Position numbers and translations under genes: made by a program
Notes under the pieces: model-generated
The model's database searches: none
Seen by the model: the letters and a program-made list of their open reading frames with translations, nothing else
Told to the model about the DNA's origin: nothing
Shown here: positions 1 through 9,527 of the stretch, piece after piece
Position numbering within the stretch: position 1 is the first letter of the stretch
Layout of the letters: each line of letters opens with the position of its first letter
Assembly: GCA_035550275.1 (NCBI GenBank)
Contig: DASZPQ010000023.1
Coordinates: 13,603-77,602 of the forward strand
Source: Gaiellaceae bacterium
GTDB taxonomy: Bacteria > Actinomycetota > Thermoleophilia > Gaiellales > Gaiellaceae
Length of the DNA stretch: 64,000 nt
Direction: 5' to 3'

Positions 1-404
1 AACGCAAGCCAGAGCCCGAGCATGAGCCCTGCGAGGAAGAGCAAGGTGGCGGCTCCGATATGAAGCCAGTCGAAGACGAGATCGAGCCGGTAGGGCGTGA
101 GCGGGATCGGAACCATCAGCGTCAGCACGAGGCCGACGGCGTGCCGGAAGCGTCGAGCGGCAGGATGGCTGGGCCGGATCCGCAGGAGGCCGCGGGCGGT
201 GATCCCGATGCAGAGCACGAAGCCGATCGCATAGGGAGCGCACGTCGTGATGCTGTTTCCGTAGTAGCTGAGCCCGATTCGAACAGCCGTCCACGAGGGC
301 TCGATCGCGCAGCAGGCGAGCATGGTGGCGAAGAAGCACGCACCGCCAACCACCACGTGCACGATCGGGCTCTCGGCGTACGATCCCAAGGCGCTGAACG
401 ACAT
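1..404 (-). CDS. Hypothetical integral membrane protein (5' part; runs off left edge)
   Basis: Minus-strand ATG at 404..402. Translation MSFSALGSYAESPIVHVVVGGACFFATMLACC...LHIGAATLLFLAGLMLGLWLA is hydrophobic with several TM-like segments. It is open to the window edge and not in the ORF track because it is truncated. Confidence 0.45.
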   Translation of the reverse strand, partial: MSFSALGSYAESPIVHVVVGGACFFATMLACCAIEPSWTAVRIGLSYYGNSITTCAPYAIGFVLCIGITARGLLRIRPSHPAARRFRHAVGLVLTLMVPIPLTPYRLDLVFDWLHIGAATLLFLAGLMLGLWLA

Positions 405-458
405 TCCTGATCAGTTCTTGCCGGAAAGACCGGTCCCAAAACGGCAGGGGGAGGAGCC

Positions 459-1019
459 TTGGCCAAGCTGATCTACTCATCGATCGCGTCGCTCGACGGT
501 TATGTCGAGGACCGGACGGGCAGGTTCGACTGGGCCGCGCCCGACGAGGAGCTGCACGCGTTCGTGAACGAGCTCGAGCGTCCGGTCGGGACCTATCTCT
601 ACGGCCGGCGGATGTACGAGACGATGCTCTTCTGGGAGAGCCCACCCGAGCTGGCAGCCCGTTCGCCTGTCGTTCAGGACTTCGCGGAGATCTGGCAGAG
701 GGCCGGCAAGATCGTCTATTCGAAGACGCTTCAGGCCACCTCCAGCGCGCGGACAAGGATCGAGCGCGCGTTCGAGGCGCGGGCAGTCGAGCAGCTGAAG
801 CGAGACGCCGACCACGACCTCACCGTCGGCGGGGCCGAGCTGGCGGCCCAGGCGATCGCCGCCGGACTGGTTGACGAGTACCAGCTCTTCGTCGTGCCGG
901 TGATCGTTGGAGGCGGGAAGCGCTCCCTCCCTGATCTACGCGCTCGGCTGAATCTCGAGCTGCTGGATGAGCGCCGGTTCGGAAACGGCGCTGTGTATCT
1001 CCGCTACGGCAGCCGGTGA
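459..1019 (+). CDS. Dihydrofolate reductase family protein (RibD C-terminal domain-like)
   Basis: 186-aa ORF with TTG start preceded by GGGGGAGGAG. N-terminus KLIYSSIASLDGYVEDRTGRFDW and C-terminus ELLDERRFGNGAVYLRY are typical of the RibD_C/YyaP-like family. Confidence 0.8.
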   Translation: MAKLIYSSIASLDGYVEDRTGRFDWAAPDEELHAFVNELERPVGTYLYGRRMYETMLFWESPPELAARSPVVQDFAEIWQRAGKIVYSKTLQATSSARTRIERAFEARAVEQLKRDADHDLTVGGAELAAQAIAAGLVDEYQLFVVPVIVGGGKRSLPDLRARLNLELLDERRFGNGAVYLRYGSR

Positions 1020-1133
1020 CCCCTCGCGGCCGGCGCATTCGGTGCGACATCTGCTGACGCGCGCTACCGCTCGTCCGTTTTCGGGCCGGCCGCGAGGTTC
1101 TTGAACGCTCTCGGCGGGGAACGTTCTCCGGTG

Positions 1134-2129
1134 ATGAACGGCAACGGGCGCATTCGGTACTTCTACGGTGCGGGACACGAGCAGTTTCCGCCGAGCGTGC
1201 TCCTCAGGCATGCGCAGCTCGCCGAAGAGGCCGGCTTCGACGGCATCGCCTGCAGCGACCACTACCAGCCGTGGTGGGAGCCAGGCGAGTCCGGGCAGGC
1301 ATGGATCTGGCTTGGCGCGGCGGCGCAGGCCACGGCAGCCTGCGCGATCGGGCCCGCGGTCACCCCTGCGCTGAAGCGGTACCACCCTGCGCTCGTCGCT
1401 CAGGCCTTCGCCACCTTCGAGGAGATGTTTCCCGGTCGCACCTTCCTCGCCATGGGCTCCGGGGAGTCCCTGAACGAGTCCCCGCTCGGCTGCGACTGGC
1501 CTGACGGCAAGGGGCAGCTCGCGGCCATGGAAGAGGCGTTGTGGATCATCCGCCGGCTGTGGGACGGCGAGACGCTCACCGAGCAAGGGCGGTTCTTCGA
1601 GACGAAGGCTGCCAAGCTCCACACCCGGCCCGAAAAACCTCCGCCGCTCTATGTCTCTGCCTTTCACCCCGAGGCCGCGCGGCTGGCCGCCCGCTATGGC
1701 GACGGGCTCTGGACGCTCGCGAATCCGGAGGCGCCGAAGCTGATCGAGATCTACCGGGCCCAACGAGACGAGGACGGTCGAGACGCGGGGGAGATCATCC
1801 TCCAGGCGTCGTTCTCCTGGGACGAAGACGAGGCAGCCGCGCTCGAAGGCGCCCGCGTGTGGAAGGGAGCACAGCCGGCGGAGTACTACGTCGAGGACTG
1901 GCACGACCCGAAGGCCATGTATGCGAATGCCGAAGCGACGATCAGCGACGCGGACTACAAGCAGCTCTCGATCATCTCGAGCGACGCCGACGAGCACGTG
2001 CGGCGGCTGCTCGAGATCGAAGCGCTGGGGCCGACAGTGATCTCGGCGATGAACTGCTCAGGCAATGATCCCGAGGGTGCGATCCGCGTCTACCGGGACT
2101 GGGTGCTGCCGGCGCTCCGGCGCGGGTAA
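1134..2129 (+). CDS. LLM-class F420-dependent oxidoreductase (G6PDH-family-like)
   Basis: Motifs AEEAGFDGIACSDHYQPWW, IGPAVTPALKRYHPALVAQAFATFEEMFPGR and GSGESLNE match luciferase-like F420-dependent enzymes. The ORF is open from 1101; ATG 1134 (or GTG 1131) is the more likely start. Confidence 0.8.
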   Translation: MNGNGRIRYFYGAGHEQFPPSVLLRHAQLAEEAGFDGIACSDHYQPWWEPGESGQAWIWLGAAAQATAACAIGPAVTPALKRYHPALVAQAFATFEEMFPGRTFLAMGSGESLNESPLGCDWPDGKGQLAAMEEALWIIRRLWDGETLTEQGRFFETKAAKLHTRPEKPPPLYVSAFHPEAARLAARYGDGLWTLANPEAPKLIEIYRAQRDEDGRDAGEIILQASFSWDEDEAAALEGARVWKGAQPAEYYVEDWHDPKAMYANAEATISDADYKQLSIISSDADEHVRRLLEIEALGPTVISAMNCSGNDPEGAIRVYRDWVLPALRRG

Positions 2130-2174
2130 CGCCGTTTCGTCTCTCCTTCCCCATGCGGCGCCGGCGCCGGCCAG

Positions 2175-3038
2175 GTGAAGACGACGCTCGTGATCGGCCT
2201 TCTCTCGGCGCTCGCGGCCTCTGCGCTCTTCAATCTGGGCGCGGCGCTGCAGGCGCTCGACGCGCGAGCTGCCCCGAAGGCGCTCGGGCTGCGCGTGACG
2301 CTGCTCTGGCGGCTCTTCCATCACCCCCGGTGGATCCTCGGCTTCGCGCTCGGCCTGATCGGGGTCGGGCCTCAGCTGCTGGCCTATGCCGACGCGCCGT
2401 TCGTGATTGCCCAGCCCGCGCTCGCGAGCGGCCTCTTGCTGCTGCTGGTGATCGGCAAGCGGCTGCTCGGCGAGCGGGTCGGCCTGTTTGAGAGCATCGG
2501 CGTGCTCGGGATTATCGGCGGGGTTGCGCTCGTGGCGTGGGGAGCCCCTGGCCACGTCGAAGCCCATCGTGGAGGCATCGTCGTGATCGCAGTCGTCACG
2601 GGGATCTCGATCCTCGGCCTCTACCCGTTCGCGCTCCGCGGGACGCGCTGGGACGGCGCCGTGTCGATGATCGTCGCGTCCGGCTGCGGGTTCGCTGCGA
2701 CGAACATCGCAACCAAGCTCGTCGGCGACGACATCGGCAGCCACTTCTCGAAGGCCGTGATCTGGGCCGCCGTGGGCGTGGCAATGGGTGTCGCCGCCAC
2801 GATCACGGGGATGACGGCGTTCCAGCGCTCGCCCGCCACCACCGTCGTTCCGGTCTCGACCGCTGTCCAGACCTTCCTGCCGATCGTCGTCGAGCCGCTG
2901 TTTCTCCGCGAGCACTGGGGCTCGGCGATCTTCGACGGGGCTCCTCTGATCGCAGGCCTGGTGCTGGCGCTGCTCGGGTGCGTCCTGATCTCGCGGACGC
3001 GGGCAGTCAGCCAGCTGCTGGCTGACGCGAACGGCTAG
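2175..3038 (+). CDS. Polytopic membrane protein (DMT/NIPA-like transporter fold, tentative)
   Basis: 287-aa ORF with about 9 hydrophobic helices (LVIGLLSALAASALFNLGAAL..., GLLLLLVIGKRLLGE...). Family assignment is only by general resemblance. Confidence 0.6.
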   Translation: MKTTLVIGLLSALAASALFNLGAALQALDARAAPKALGLRVTLLWRLFHHPRWILGFALGLIGVGPQLLAYADAPFVIAQPALASGLLLLLVIGKRLLGERVGLFESIGVLGIIGGVALVAWGAPGHVEAHRGGIVVIAVVTGISILGLYPFALRGTRWDGAVSMIVASGCGFAATNIATKLVGDDIGSHFSKAVIWAAVGVAMGVAATITGMTAFQRSPATTVVPVSTAVQTFLPIVVEPLFLREHWGSAIFDGAPLIAGLVLALLGCVLISRTRAVSQLLADANG

Positions 3039-3052
3039 GGGTGCTTCGGCGC

Positions 3053-3688
3053 TCAGCCGTCGTATTCGGACGCGAACAGGTAGCTCACCGCCAGGCTCCG
3101 ATAGGGGCGCCAGCGGTCGGAGATCTCGATCAGCTCCTCTGCAGTCGGGACATGGTCGATGCCGTAGACGCGTCGAATCACGCGCCGCAGCGCGATGTCT
3201 CCGGTGAGATAGACATCTGGCCGGTCGAGGGCGACGAGCAGGAATCCGTGCGCCGACCACGGCCCGATTCCCGGGACCTCGGTCAGTGCGGCCTCGACCT
3301 CCTCGTCGCTCATCTCGGCAAGCGCTGCGTCGCTCAGTCGCCCATCGACGAACCGTTCGGCGAGCTCTCTCAAGGTCGCGCCCTTGCGAGTCGAGAAGCC
3401 TGCCGTTCGAAGCACCTGTGGATCGGCCGCGAGCAGCTCGGCCGGCGATGGCAGGTGTCCGCCGAACTGCGCTTCGAGGCGGGAGACGATCGTCCGAGTT
3501 GCCGCGACGGAGAGTTGCTGCCCGGCAACCTGGAAGATCAACGTTCCAAACGCGTCAAGCGGCGGCAGCTCTTCGAGCCACGCGCGCGGGTGAAAATCGG
3601 GCCGCTCGTCGATCAGCCGTGCGAGCACGGGATCGGCGTTGCGAAGGAACTCGCGTGCTGTCTGATCGGCGGCAGCCGTAGCCGTCAT
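3053..3688 (-). CDS. HhH-GPD DNA glycosylase (AlkA-like 3-methyladenine glycosylase II)
   Basis: Helix-hairpin-helix LTEVPGIGPWSAHGFLLVAL followed by LTGDIALRR (catalytic Asp context). The ATG at 3688 overlaps the stop of the upstream isochorismatase gene (ATGA). The ORF-track N-terminal extension to 3787 is rejected. Confidence 0.8.
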   Translation of the reverse strand: MTATAAADQTAREFLRNADPVLARLIDERPDFHPRAWLEELPPLDAFGTLIFQVAGQQLSVAATRTIVSRLEAQFGGHLPSPAELLAADPQVLRTAGFSTRKGATLRELAERFVDGRLSDAALAEMSDEEVEAALTEVPGIGPWSAHGFLLVALDRPDVYLTGDIALRRVIRRVYGIDHVPTAEELIEISDRWRPYRSLAVSYLFASEYDG

Positions 3689-4299
3689 TCTTTCAGAAGC
3701 CGCTCCGTGAGCACGATCTCGATCACGTCGGCCACGGTCTCCTCCCGGGCCCAGTCGCGCTGAAGCTCGACCGCGAGCGCGACCCATGTGACCGGCTGCG
3801 CTCCCGCCTGGACGACACGTTCGAGGCCGGTGCGATGAGCATCCTCGCTCGTGCCTCCGATCGCGTCGACGACCGGGTAGACCTCATAGCCCTCTCGCAG
3901 GGCGTCGAGAGCCGGAAACGCCATGCAGATCTCCGTCCAGAGGGCACACAGGATCAGCTTGCGCCGTCCGGCAGCACGCACGGCGGCGAGGAAGTCGGCG
4001 TCTTCCCAGGCGTTCGTCGATGTCCGGTCGATCGGCGGATAGTCCTCGAGCAGCTCCGCCAGCTCCGGCACGGTGGGCTGCCCGCGTCCGGTTGCGACGT
4101 TGATCGTCGAATGGATGATCGGCATGTCGAATGCCTTCGCCGTCTTGACGGTCGAGACGATGTTCCTGAGCAGGAGGCCCTGATCCATCGAGTGGACCGC
4201 TCCGAACTGCGACGGCTGGTAGTCGATCACCGCGAGCGCCGAGTTCTGCGGCGTGAGCAGGTGATCGGCGAATGGATCGCGCACCGGGAGGCTGGCCAT
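3685..4299 (-). CDS. Isochorismatase-family hydrolase
   Basis: 204-aa product from MASLPVRDPF. Has ALAVIDYQ (Asp), a conserved Lys region and LILCALWTEICM (Cys nucleophile). The ATG at 4299..4297 overlaps the stop of the MFS gene (ATGA). The remainder of the 522-aa ORF is antisense to the MFS gene. Confidence 0.85.
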   Translation of the reverse strand: MASLPVRDPFADHLLTPQNSALAVIDYQPSQFGAVHSMDQGLLLRNIVSTVKTAKAFDMPIIHSTINVATGRGQPTVPELAELLEDYPPIDRTSTNAWEDADFLAAVRAAGRRKLILCALWTEICMAFPALDALREGYEVYPVVDAIGGTSEDAHRTGLERVVQAGAQPVTWVALAVELQRDWAREETVADVIEIVLTERLLKE

Positions 4300-5753
4300 C
4301 AGGGTTGCACCGGCGATCCGTAGTCGAGATCGACCGCAGCTACAAGCGGCGCCCGGGCCGTCCCGCGAACGAGCGCAAGGCACGCGACGACCGACGCTGC
4401 GCTGATTCCGGCAATCACCCAGAAGCCGAGGGCGAATCCGCTTGTTGCGGCCTGAGCCTGCGAATGTCCCGACGCGAGCAGCGTCTTCTCGTGCGAGAAG
4501 GCGACGGTCGAGGCGATCGCGACGCCGAGCGCGCCGCCGATCTGCTGCGCCGAGTTGATCAGCCCCGAGGCGAGGCCGGCCCGCTGCGGCTCGACGCCCC
4601 CGAGCGCCGCGATCGACATCGGGATGAACGAGAACGCCATGCCGATGCCGACCAGCAGATATCCAGGCAGGAGATGCGTGGCGAACGAGCCATGCACCGG
4701 GATCTGCGTGTACCAGAGCATCCCACCGGTGATCAGCGCGAGGCCGACGGTCATCACCGGCCGCGGGCCGACCTTCGTCACGAGCGCCTGCGAGACGCCT
4801 GCAACGACGACCACGGTTCCGGCTGTTGCGAGGAACGTCAGGCCTGTCTTGAGCGCGGAGTAGCCGAGCACCTGCTGCACGTACAACGTCAGCAGGAAGA
4901 AGTTCGAGAACACGACCGCGCCGAGGAAGAATCCACAGACGTTCGCGCCGGTCACCGTGCGGATGCGGAAGATGTCGAACGAGACCATCGGCGACGGGCT
5001 CCGCGTCTCGATCACGAGGAACGAGGCGAAGAGCACCACGGAGACGATCAGCAGCCCGATCGTGCGCCCGGATCCCCAGCCGACGTCGGGCGCCTTCGAG
5101 ATCGCATAGACGAGCAGCGAGAGACTGGACGTGATCGTGACAGCACCCGCAGCGTCGAAGCCGCGCAGTGCCGGGATCCGGCTCTCGCGGACGATCGGGC
5201 GCGTCAGGGCGAGCACGAGCGCGCCGATCGGGACGTTGACGAAGAAGATCCACTCCCAGCCCGCGTACTTGGTGAGGATGCCGCCGAAGAGCACACCCGC
5301 TGCGGCACCGCTGCCGCCGATGGCTCCCCAGATCCCGAGTGCCTTGTTGCGCTCCGAGCCTTCGTCGAACGTCGTCGTGATGATCGACAGCACCGCGGGC
5401 GAAACGATCGCCGCTCCGGCTCCTTGCACCGCACGGGCGGCGATCAGCACGCCGATCGAGTTCGCAAGCCCGCAGACGAGCGACGCGAGCGAGAAGACCG
5501 CGACGCCGATCATGAACAGCCGCCGCCGGCCGAGCAGGTCCGCTGCGCGGCCTCCGAGCAGCAGGAGGCCGCCGAAGGTGATCGTGTACGCGATCAGCAC
5601 GTACTGCAGCGTGTTGTCAGCAACATGGAGCGAGTTCTTGATCGTCGGCAGCGCGACGGTGACGATCGTGCCGTCGAGGACGGTCATGAAGAACGCCACG
5701 CAGACGAGCGCCAGCGCCTGCCAGCGGCGTGGGTCGGGCGCCGGGCTGTCCAT
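4299..5753 (-). CDS. MFS transporter, DHA2 (EmrB/QacA-like, 14-TM) drug:H+ antiporter family
   Basis: Starts MDSPAPDPRRWQALALVCVAFFMTVLDGTIVTVALPTI. Contains the GRAADLLGRRRLF motif and 484 aa of TM helices. The start overlaps the stop of the MBL gene (ATGA at 5753). Confidence 0.9.
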   Translation of the reverse strand: MDSPAPDPRRWQALALVCVAFFMTVLDGTIVTVALPTIKNSLHVADNTLQYVLIAYTITFGGLLLLGGRAADLLGRRRLFMIGVAVFSLASLVCGLANSIGVLIAARAVQGAGAAIVSPAVLSIITTTFDEGSERNKALGIWGAIGGSGAAAGVLFGGILTKYAGWEWIFFVNVPIGALVLALTRPIVRESRIPALRGFDAAGAVTITSSLSLLVYAISKAPDVGWGSGRTIGLLIVSVVLFASFLVIETRSPSPMVSFDIFRIRTVTGANVCGFFLGAVVFSNFFLLTLYVQQVLGYSALKTGLTFLATAGTVVVVAGVSQALVTKVGPRPVMTVGLALITGGMLWYTQIPVHGSFATHLLPGYLLVGIGMAFSFIPMSIAALGGVEPQRAGLASGLINSAQQIGGALGVAIASTVAFSHEKTLLASGHSQAQAATSGFALGFWVIAGISAASVVACLALVRGTARAPLVAAVDLDYGSPVQP

Positions 5754-6706
5754 CAGGGATGCACCTGTGAGCCGTAGCCGAGGTCGAGCCGGATCGACTC
5801 CATCACCCAGAACGCCGTGTGCTCGGTGAAGACATCGGCGGCGGCGAGCACTCCGGTGTACTTCTCGACTACCGGCTTTGCGGCTGCCGCCGCGGTCGCG
5901 TCGAGATGTGCCTTGACGGCCGCCCAGATGTTCTCGCCGTACTTCACGTAGTACGCCGTCGGATCGAGGGTGTCGATCGCGTGCCTGATGCTGGCGTCGA
6001 GGTCTGCCATGTACTGCTGGTGAAGGGTCACGTCGTCGCGCGTGCCGAGCCGGCCCAGGTGGCCGCCGATGAAGTGCTTCCACGAGTAGGCGAGCGCGTT
6101 GGCCGGTGCCTCCAGGTAGCCGGGGATGTCCTCGGTCAGGTTGGAGTTGTAGACCGGCACCCAGCCGGGATTGACGATGTCGATCAGCATCATCGTATCG
6201 TGGTCGGGCAGATGGATGAGGATGTTGTCGGGCGAGTGGTTCGCGCCGTGCCAGGCCAGGTCGATTCGCTCGCCGCCGATCTCGAGCGTGCGGCGGTCTC
6301 CGAACGTCTCCTCGTTCGGCGGGCGGGCGGGGTCGTCGTCGCGAAGCAGCAGACGGCGAGTCTCCTCGTGGCCGATGCGAGTCACGTTCTTGTCGAACAG
6401 CGACGATGCTCCGGCGTGGTCGGCGTGGTGGTGGGAGTAGATGAGATGGGTCACCTTGTTGCTGACGCCGTTTTCGGCCGCGATCTCGTCGACGGCGCGC
6501 TGGATGTTGTTGCCGATCGTCGGGGGCGCATCGAGCAGGACGACGCCGTCGGATGTAGTCAGGAACGCCGACTGGTAGGTGCCGTCGGTGATCCAGTACA
6601 GGTTCCGTTCGACGCGGCCGACGTAGTAGCCCTGATCGTTCAGCGCGGGGCCGATTGCCGACCGCGGGACTGGTGCGTAATCGGGAAGATTGTCGGTTTC
6701 GCTCAT
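5753..6706 (-). CDS. MBL-fold metallo-hydrolase
   Basis: HLIYSHHHADHAGAS zinc-binding motif with downstream His/Asp ligands. The ORF is open to 6775. ATG 6706 (MSETDNL) is chosen to leave a divergent promoter with the LuxR gene, so the start is uncertain within 6706-6775. Confidence 0.75.
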   Translation of the reverse strand: MSETDNLPDYAPVPRSAIGPALNDQGYYVGRVERNLYWITDGTYQSAFLTTSDGVVLLDAPPTIGNNIQRAVDEIAAENGVSNKVTHLIYSHHHADHAGASSLFDKNVTRIGHEETRRLLLRDDDPARPPNEETFGDRRTLEIGGERIDLAWHGANHSPDNILIHLPDHDTMMLIDIVNPGWVPVYNSNLTEDIPGYLEAPANALAYSWKHFIGGHLGRLGTRDDVTLHQQYMADLDASIRHAIDTLDPTAYYVKYGENIWAAVKAHLDATAAAAAKPVVEKYTGVLAAADVFTEHTAFWVMESIRLDLGYGSQVHP

Positions 6707-6773
6707 TCGGGGATCGTGATCGCCGAAACCGGCCATCGAATCCCGGAAACCCATAGTCCGTGACCGGAGTGGC

Positions 6774-9527
6774 ATGCTCCCCGAGATGGCCGTGAAGGTG
6801 CAGGCAGAGCATTTGGTTGGCAGGCAGCGCGAGCGGGCCGTTCTGGAACGGCTGCTCGAGACGGCGCGTGATGGCCACGGCGCCGTCCTCGTGGTTCACG
6901 GAGAGCCTGGGGTCGGCAAAACCGCTCTCCTCGAGCAGGCGGTCGAGGAAGGCGCGGATTTTCGTCTCGTGCGGGCCGCAGGCGTCGAGGGCGAGATGGA
7001 GCTCGACTATGCGGCGCTCGAACAGCTCTGCTCTCCGCTGCTCGAGCTCGGCGAGCAGCTCCCTGCTCCTCAGCGTGACGCTCTCGGCGTTGCCTTCGGG
7101 CTCAGCGCGGGACTACCGCCGAGCCCATTCCTTGTCGGGCTCGCGGTTCTCGGCCTGCTCTCCGAAGCCGCCGAGCAGCAGCCGGTCCTCTGCCTGGTCG
7201 ATGACGCGCAGTGGCTCGACGGCGCGTCCGCCCGAGCGCTTGCGTTCGTGGCTCGCCGGCTGCTCGCGGATCGAATCGCGTTCGTGTTCGCGGCGCGTGT
7301 GGTGGGCAGTGGCTTGGCCCGCTTCCCCCAGCTTCGGGTCGAGCCGTTGGGCCGCAGAGATGCGCGAACGCTGCTGGACTCTGTTCTCGCCGCGCGTCTC
7401 GACGAGTCCGTGCTCGAGCGGATCATCGCCGAGACCGGCGGGAATCCGCTCGCGCTGATCGAGCTGCCGCGAGGACTGACACCCGCCCAGCTTGCGGGCG
7501 GGTTCGGCCTGCCGCCGGCGCTCCCTCTGTCCACCGGGATCGAGCAGAGCTTCGCGCGACGTCTGGCGCAGCTTCCTCGTGACGCGCGGCGATTGCTGCT
7601 GCTCGCGGCTGCGGAGCCCGTCGGCGATCCTGCGCTGCTCGGGCGCGCGTCGCAGCAGCTGGAGATCCCGGAGACGGCGGCGCTTGCCGTCGAGTCGGAA
7701 GGCTTGCTGAAGCTCGACGGTGTGGTGGTCTTTCGTCATCCGCTCGTTCGGTCGGCGGTGTACGGCGCGGCCGACCCGGCCGAGCGGCGCGAAGCCCACC
7801 GGGCGCTGGCGGACGCCACCGATCCGCAGCTCGACCCCGATCGCCGCGCGTGGCACCGTGCGCAGGCGGCGCCGGCGCCCGACGAGGAGGTGGCAAGCGA
7901 GCTCGAGCGCTCCGCCGTACGAGCCCAGGCGCGAGGCGGCTTCGCAGCTGCGGCCGCGTTTCTCGAACGCGCTGCCGCACTCACCCCCGAGCCCGCACAT
8001 CGCGCGCAGCGCACGCTGATCGCGGCTCAGACGAAATTTCGAGCAGGAGCGCTTGACGACACGATCGCTCTGATCGCCTCGGCGGATGTCGTTACGCTCG
8101 ATGAGGTCGATCGCGCACGCGTCGAGCTGCTGCGGGCCCAGCTCGCATTCGCGTTGACGCATGGCGGCGATGCGCCGAAAATGCTCCTCGAGGCCGCTGG
8201 GCGAATCGCGCCACTGTCGCGATTGCTCGGCTGTGAGACCTATCTCGACGCCATGTCGGCGGCGCTCTTCGCCGGTCGCCTGGCCGCGCCCGGAGCATCC
8301 GCCAGCGACGTGGCTTTCGCCGTGAGGACGAAACGCCCCGCTGAGCTCGATGGGCTCGAGCTGTTCCTCGATGCGATCGCATCGTTCTTCACGGACGGTT
8401 ACGAGGCTGCCCTGCCGCTCTGGCGGCGAGCTCTCAAGTCGTTCGACGCTGGAGTCATGCCCGTGAACGAGCAGTTGCGCTGGAAGTGGGTCGCAACGCT
8501 CGTGTCCGTGCATGTGTGGGACGACGCAGGCTGGCACGCGATCTCCGACGCCCACGTTCGGATCGCGCGCGAAGCGGGCGCGCTGGGCGAGCTTCCGGTC
8601 GCGCTCGGGCAGCGCGCCTACGCGCATCTGTTCGCGGGCGAGCTGACTGCCGCGGCGTCGCTGATCGAGGAGATTCAGACGGCGACGGAAGCGACGGGCA
8701 GCCTCCTCGCCCCGTACGCGCCAGTGGCGCTGGCCGCGTTCCGCGGCCGAGAGCCAGAGGCGGCTTCGCTGATCGACAACAGTCGCACCGATGTGCTGGA
8801 TCGCGGAGAGGGGCTGGGGCTCTCGGTTCTCGACTGGGCCGAAGCAGTGCTCTACAACGGCCTCGGCCGGTACGAAGACGCGCGAGCGGCGGCGCTCCGT
8901 GTTGGTGAGCATCCGAGTGATTTCGGAACGTCGAACTGGGGTGCCGCTGAGCTGATCGAGTCGGCTGTTCGAACCGGGAGACCTGACCTTGCTGCCGCTG
9001 CACGAGCGCTCCTTGACGAGCGGGCAGGCGCGAGCGGAACCGACTGGGCGCTGGGGATCCTTGCCCGTTCGAATGCTCTCCTCGCAGAGGACGAGGTGGC
9101 CGAGGGGCTCTACGTCGAGGCGATCGAGCGGCTCGGTCGCTCTCCGATGGCGGCGGATCTCGCTCGCGCCCACCTCCTCTACGGCGAATGGCTGAGGCGC
9201 CGCCGCCGGCGGCTCGATGCACGCGAGCAGTTGCGCACGGCACACGATCTCTTCTCGGACTTCGGCATGGAGGCGTTCGCCGAGCGTGCACGCGTGGAAT
9301 TGGAGGCGACCGGAGAGCACGCCCGAAAACGCACTGTCGACAACCGTGGTCAACTCACTCCGCAGGAGGCGCAGATCTCGCGGCTCGTCGCACAGGGGAA
9401 CACGAACCGGGAGATCGCTGCTCAGCTGTTCATCAGCCCGAGCACCGTCGAGTATCACCTGCGCAAGGTCTTCCGCAAGCTCGACGTCAAGACGCGGACG
9501 CAGCTCGCGAATCGTTTCCGGGATTAG
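6774..9527 (+). CDS. LAL-type (large ATP-binding) LuxR-family transcriptional regulator
   Basis: N-terminal Walker A GEPGVGKTALLEQA, a long helical/TPR-like middle region, and C-terminal LuxR HTH LTPQEAQISRLVAQGNTNREIAAQLFISPSTVEYHLRKVFRKL. The start may instead be 6786. Confidence 0.9.
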   Translation: MLPEMAVKVQAEHLVGRQRERAVLERLLETARDGHGAVLVVHGEPGVGKTALLEQAVEEGADFRLVRAAGVEGEMELDYAALEQLCSPLLELGEQLPAPQRDALGVAFGLSAGLPPSPFLVGLAVLGLLSEAAEQQPVLCLVDDAQWLDGASARALAFVARRLLADRIAFVFAARVVGSGLARFPQLRVEPLGRRDARTLLDSVLAARLDESVLERIIAETGGNPLALIELPRGLTPAQLAGGFGLPPALPLSTGIEQSFARRLAQLPRDARRLLLLAAAEPVGDPALLGRASQQLEIPETAALAVESEGLLKLDGVVVFRHPLVRSAVYGAADPAERREAHRALADATDPQLDPDRRAWHRAQAAPAPDEEVASELERSAVRAQARGGFAAAAAFLERAAALTPEPAHRAQRTLIAAQTKFRAGALDDTIALIASADVVTLDEVDRARVELLRAQLAFALTHGGDAPKMLLEAAGRIAPLSRLLGCETYLDAMSAALFAGRLAAPGASASDVAFAVRTKRPAELDGLELFLDAIASFFTDGYEAALPLWRRALKSFDAGVMPVNEQLRWKWVATLVSVHVWDDAGWHAISDAHVRIAREAGALGELPVALGQRAYAHLFAGELTAAASLIEEIQTATEATGSLLAPYAPVALAAFRGREPEAASLIDNSRTDVLDRGEGLGLSVLDWAEAVLYNGLGRYEDARAAALRVGEHPSDFGTSNWGAAELIESAVRTGRPDLAAAARALLDERAGASGTDWALGILARSNALLAEDEVAEGLYVEAIERLGRSPMAADLARAHLLYGEWLRRRRRRLDAREQLRTAHDLFSDFGMEAFAERARVELEATGEHARKRTVDNRGQLTPQEAQISRLVAQGNTNREIAAQLFISPSTVEYHLRKVFRKLDVKTRTQLANRFRD

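Noticed and set aside
3685-5253. 522-aa ORF read as one protein, and similarly the 866-aa ORF 4299..6899
   Set aside because: Only the C-terminal 204 aa (isochorismatase) and 484 aa (MFS) look like real proteins and begin at ATGs forming ATGA overlaps with the upstream gene. The N-terminal extensions are Arg/Pro-rich and overlap the neighbouring genes out of frame.
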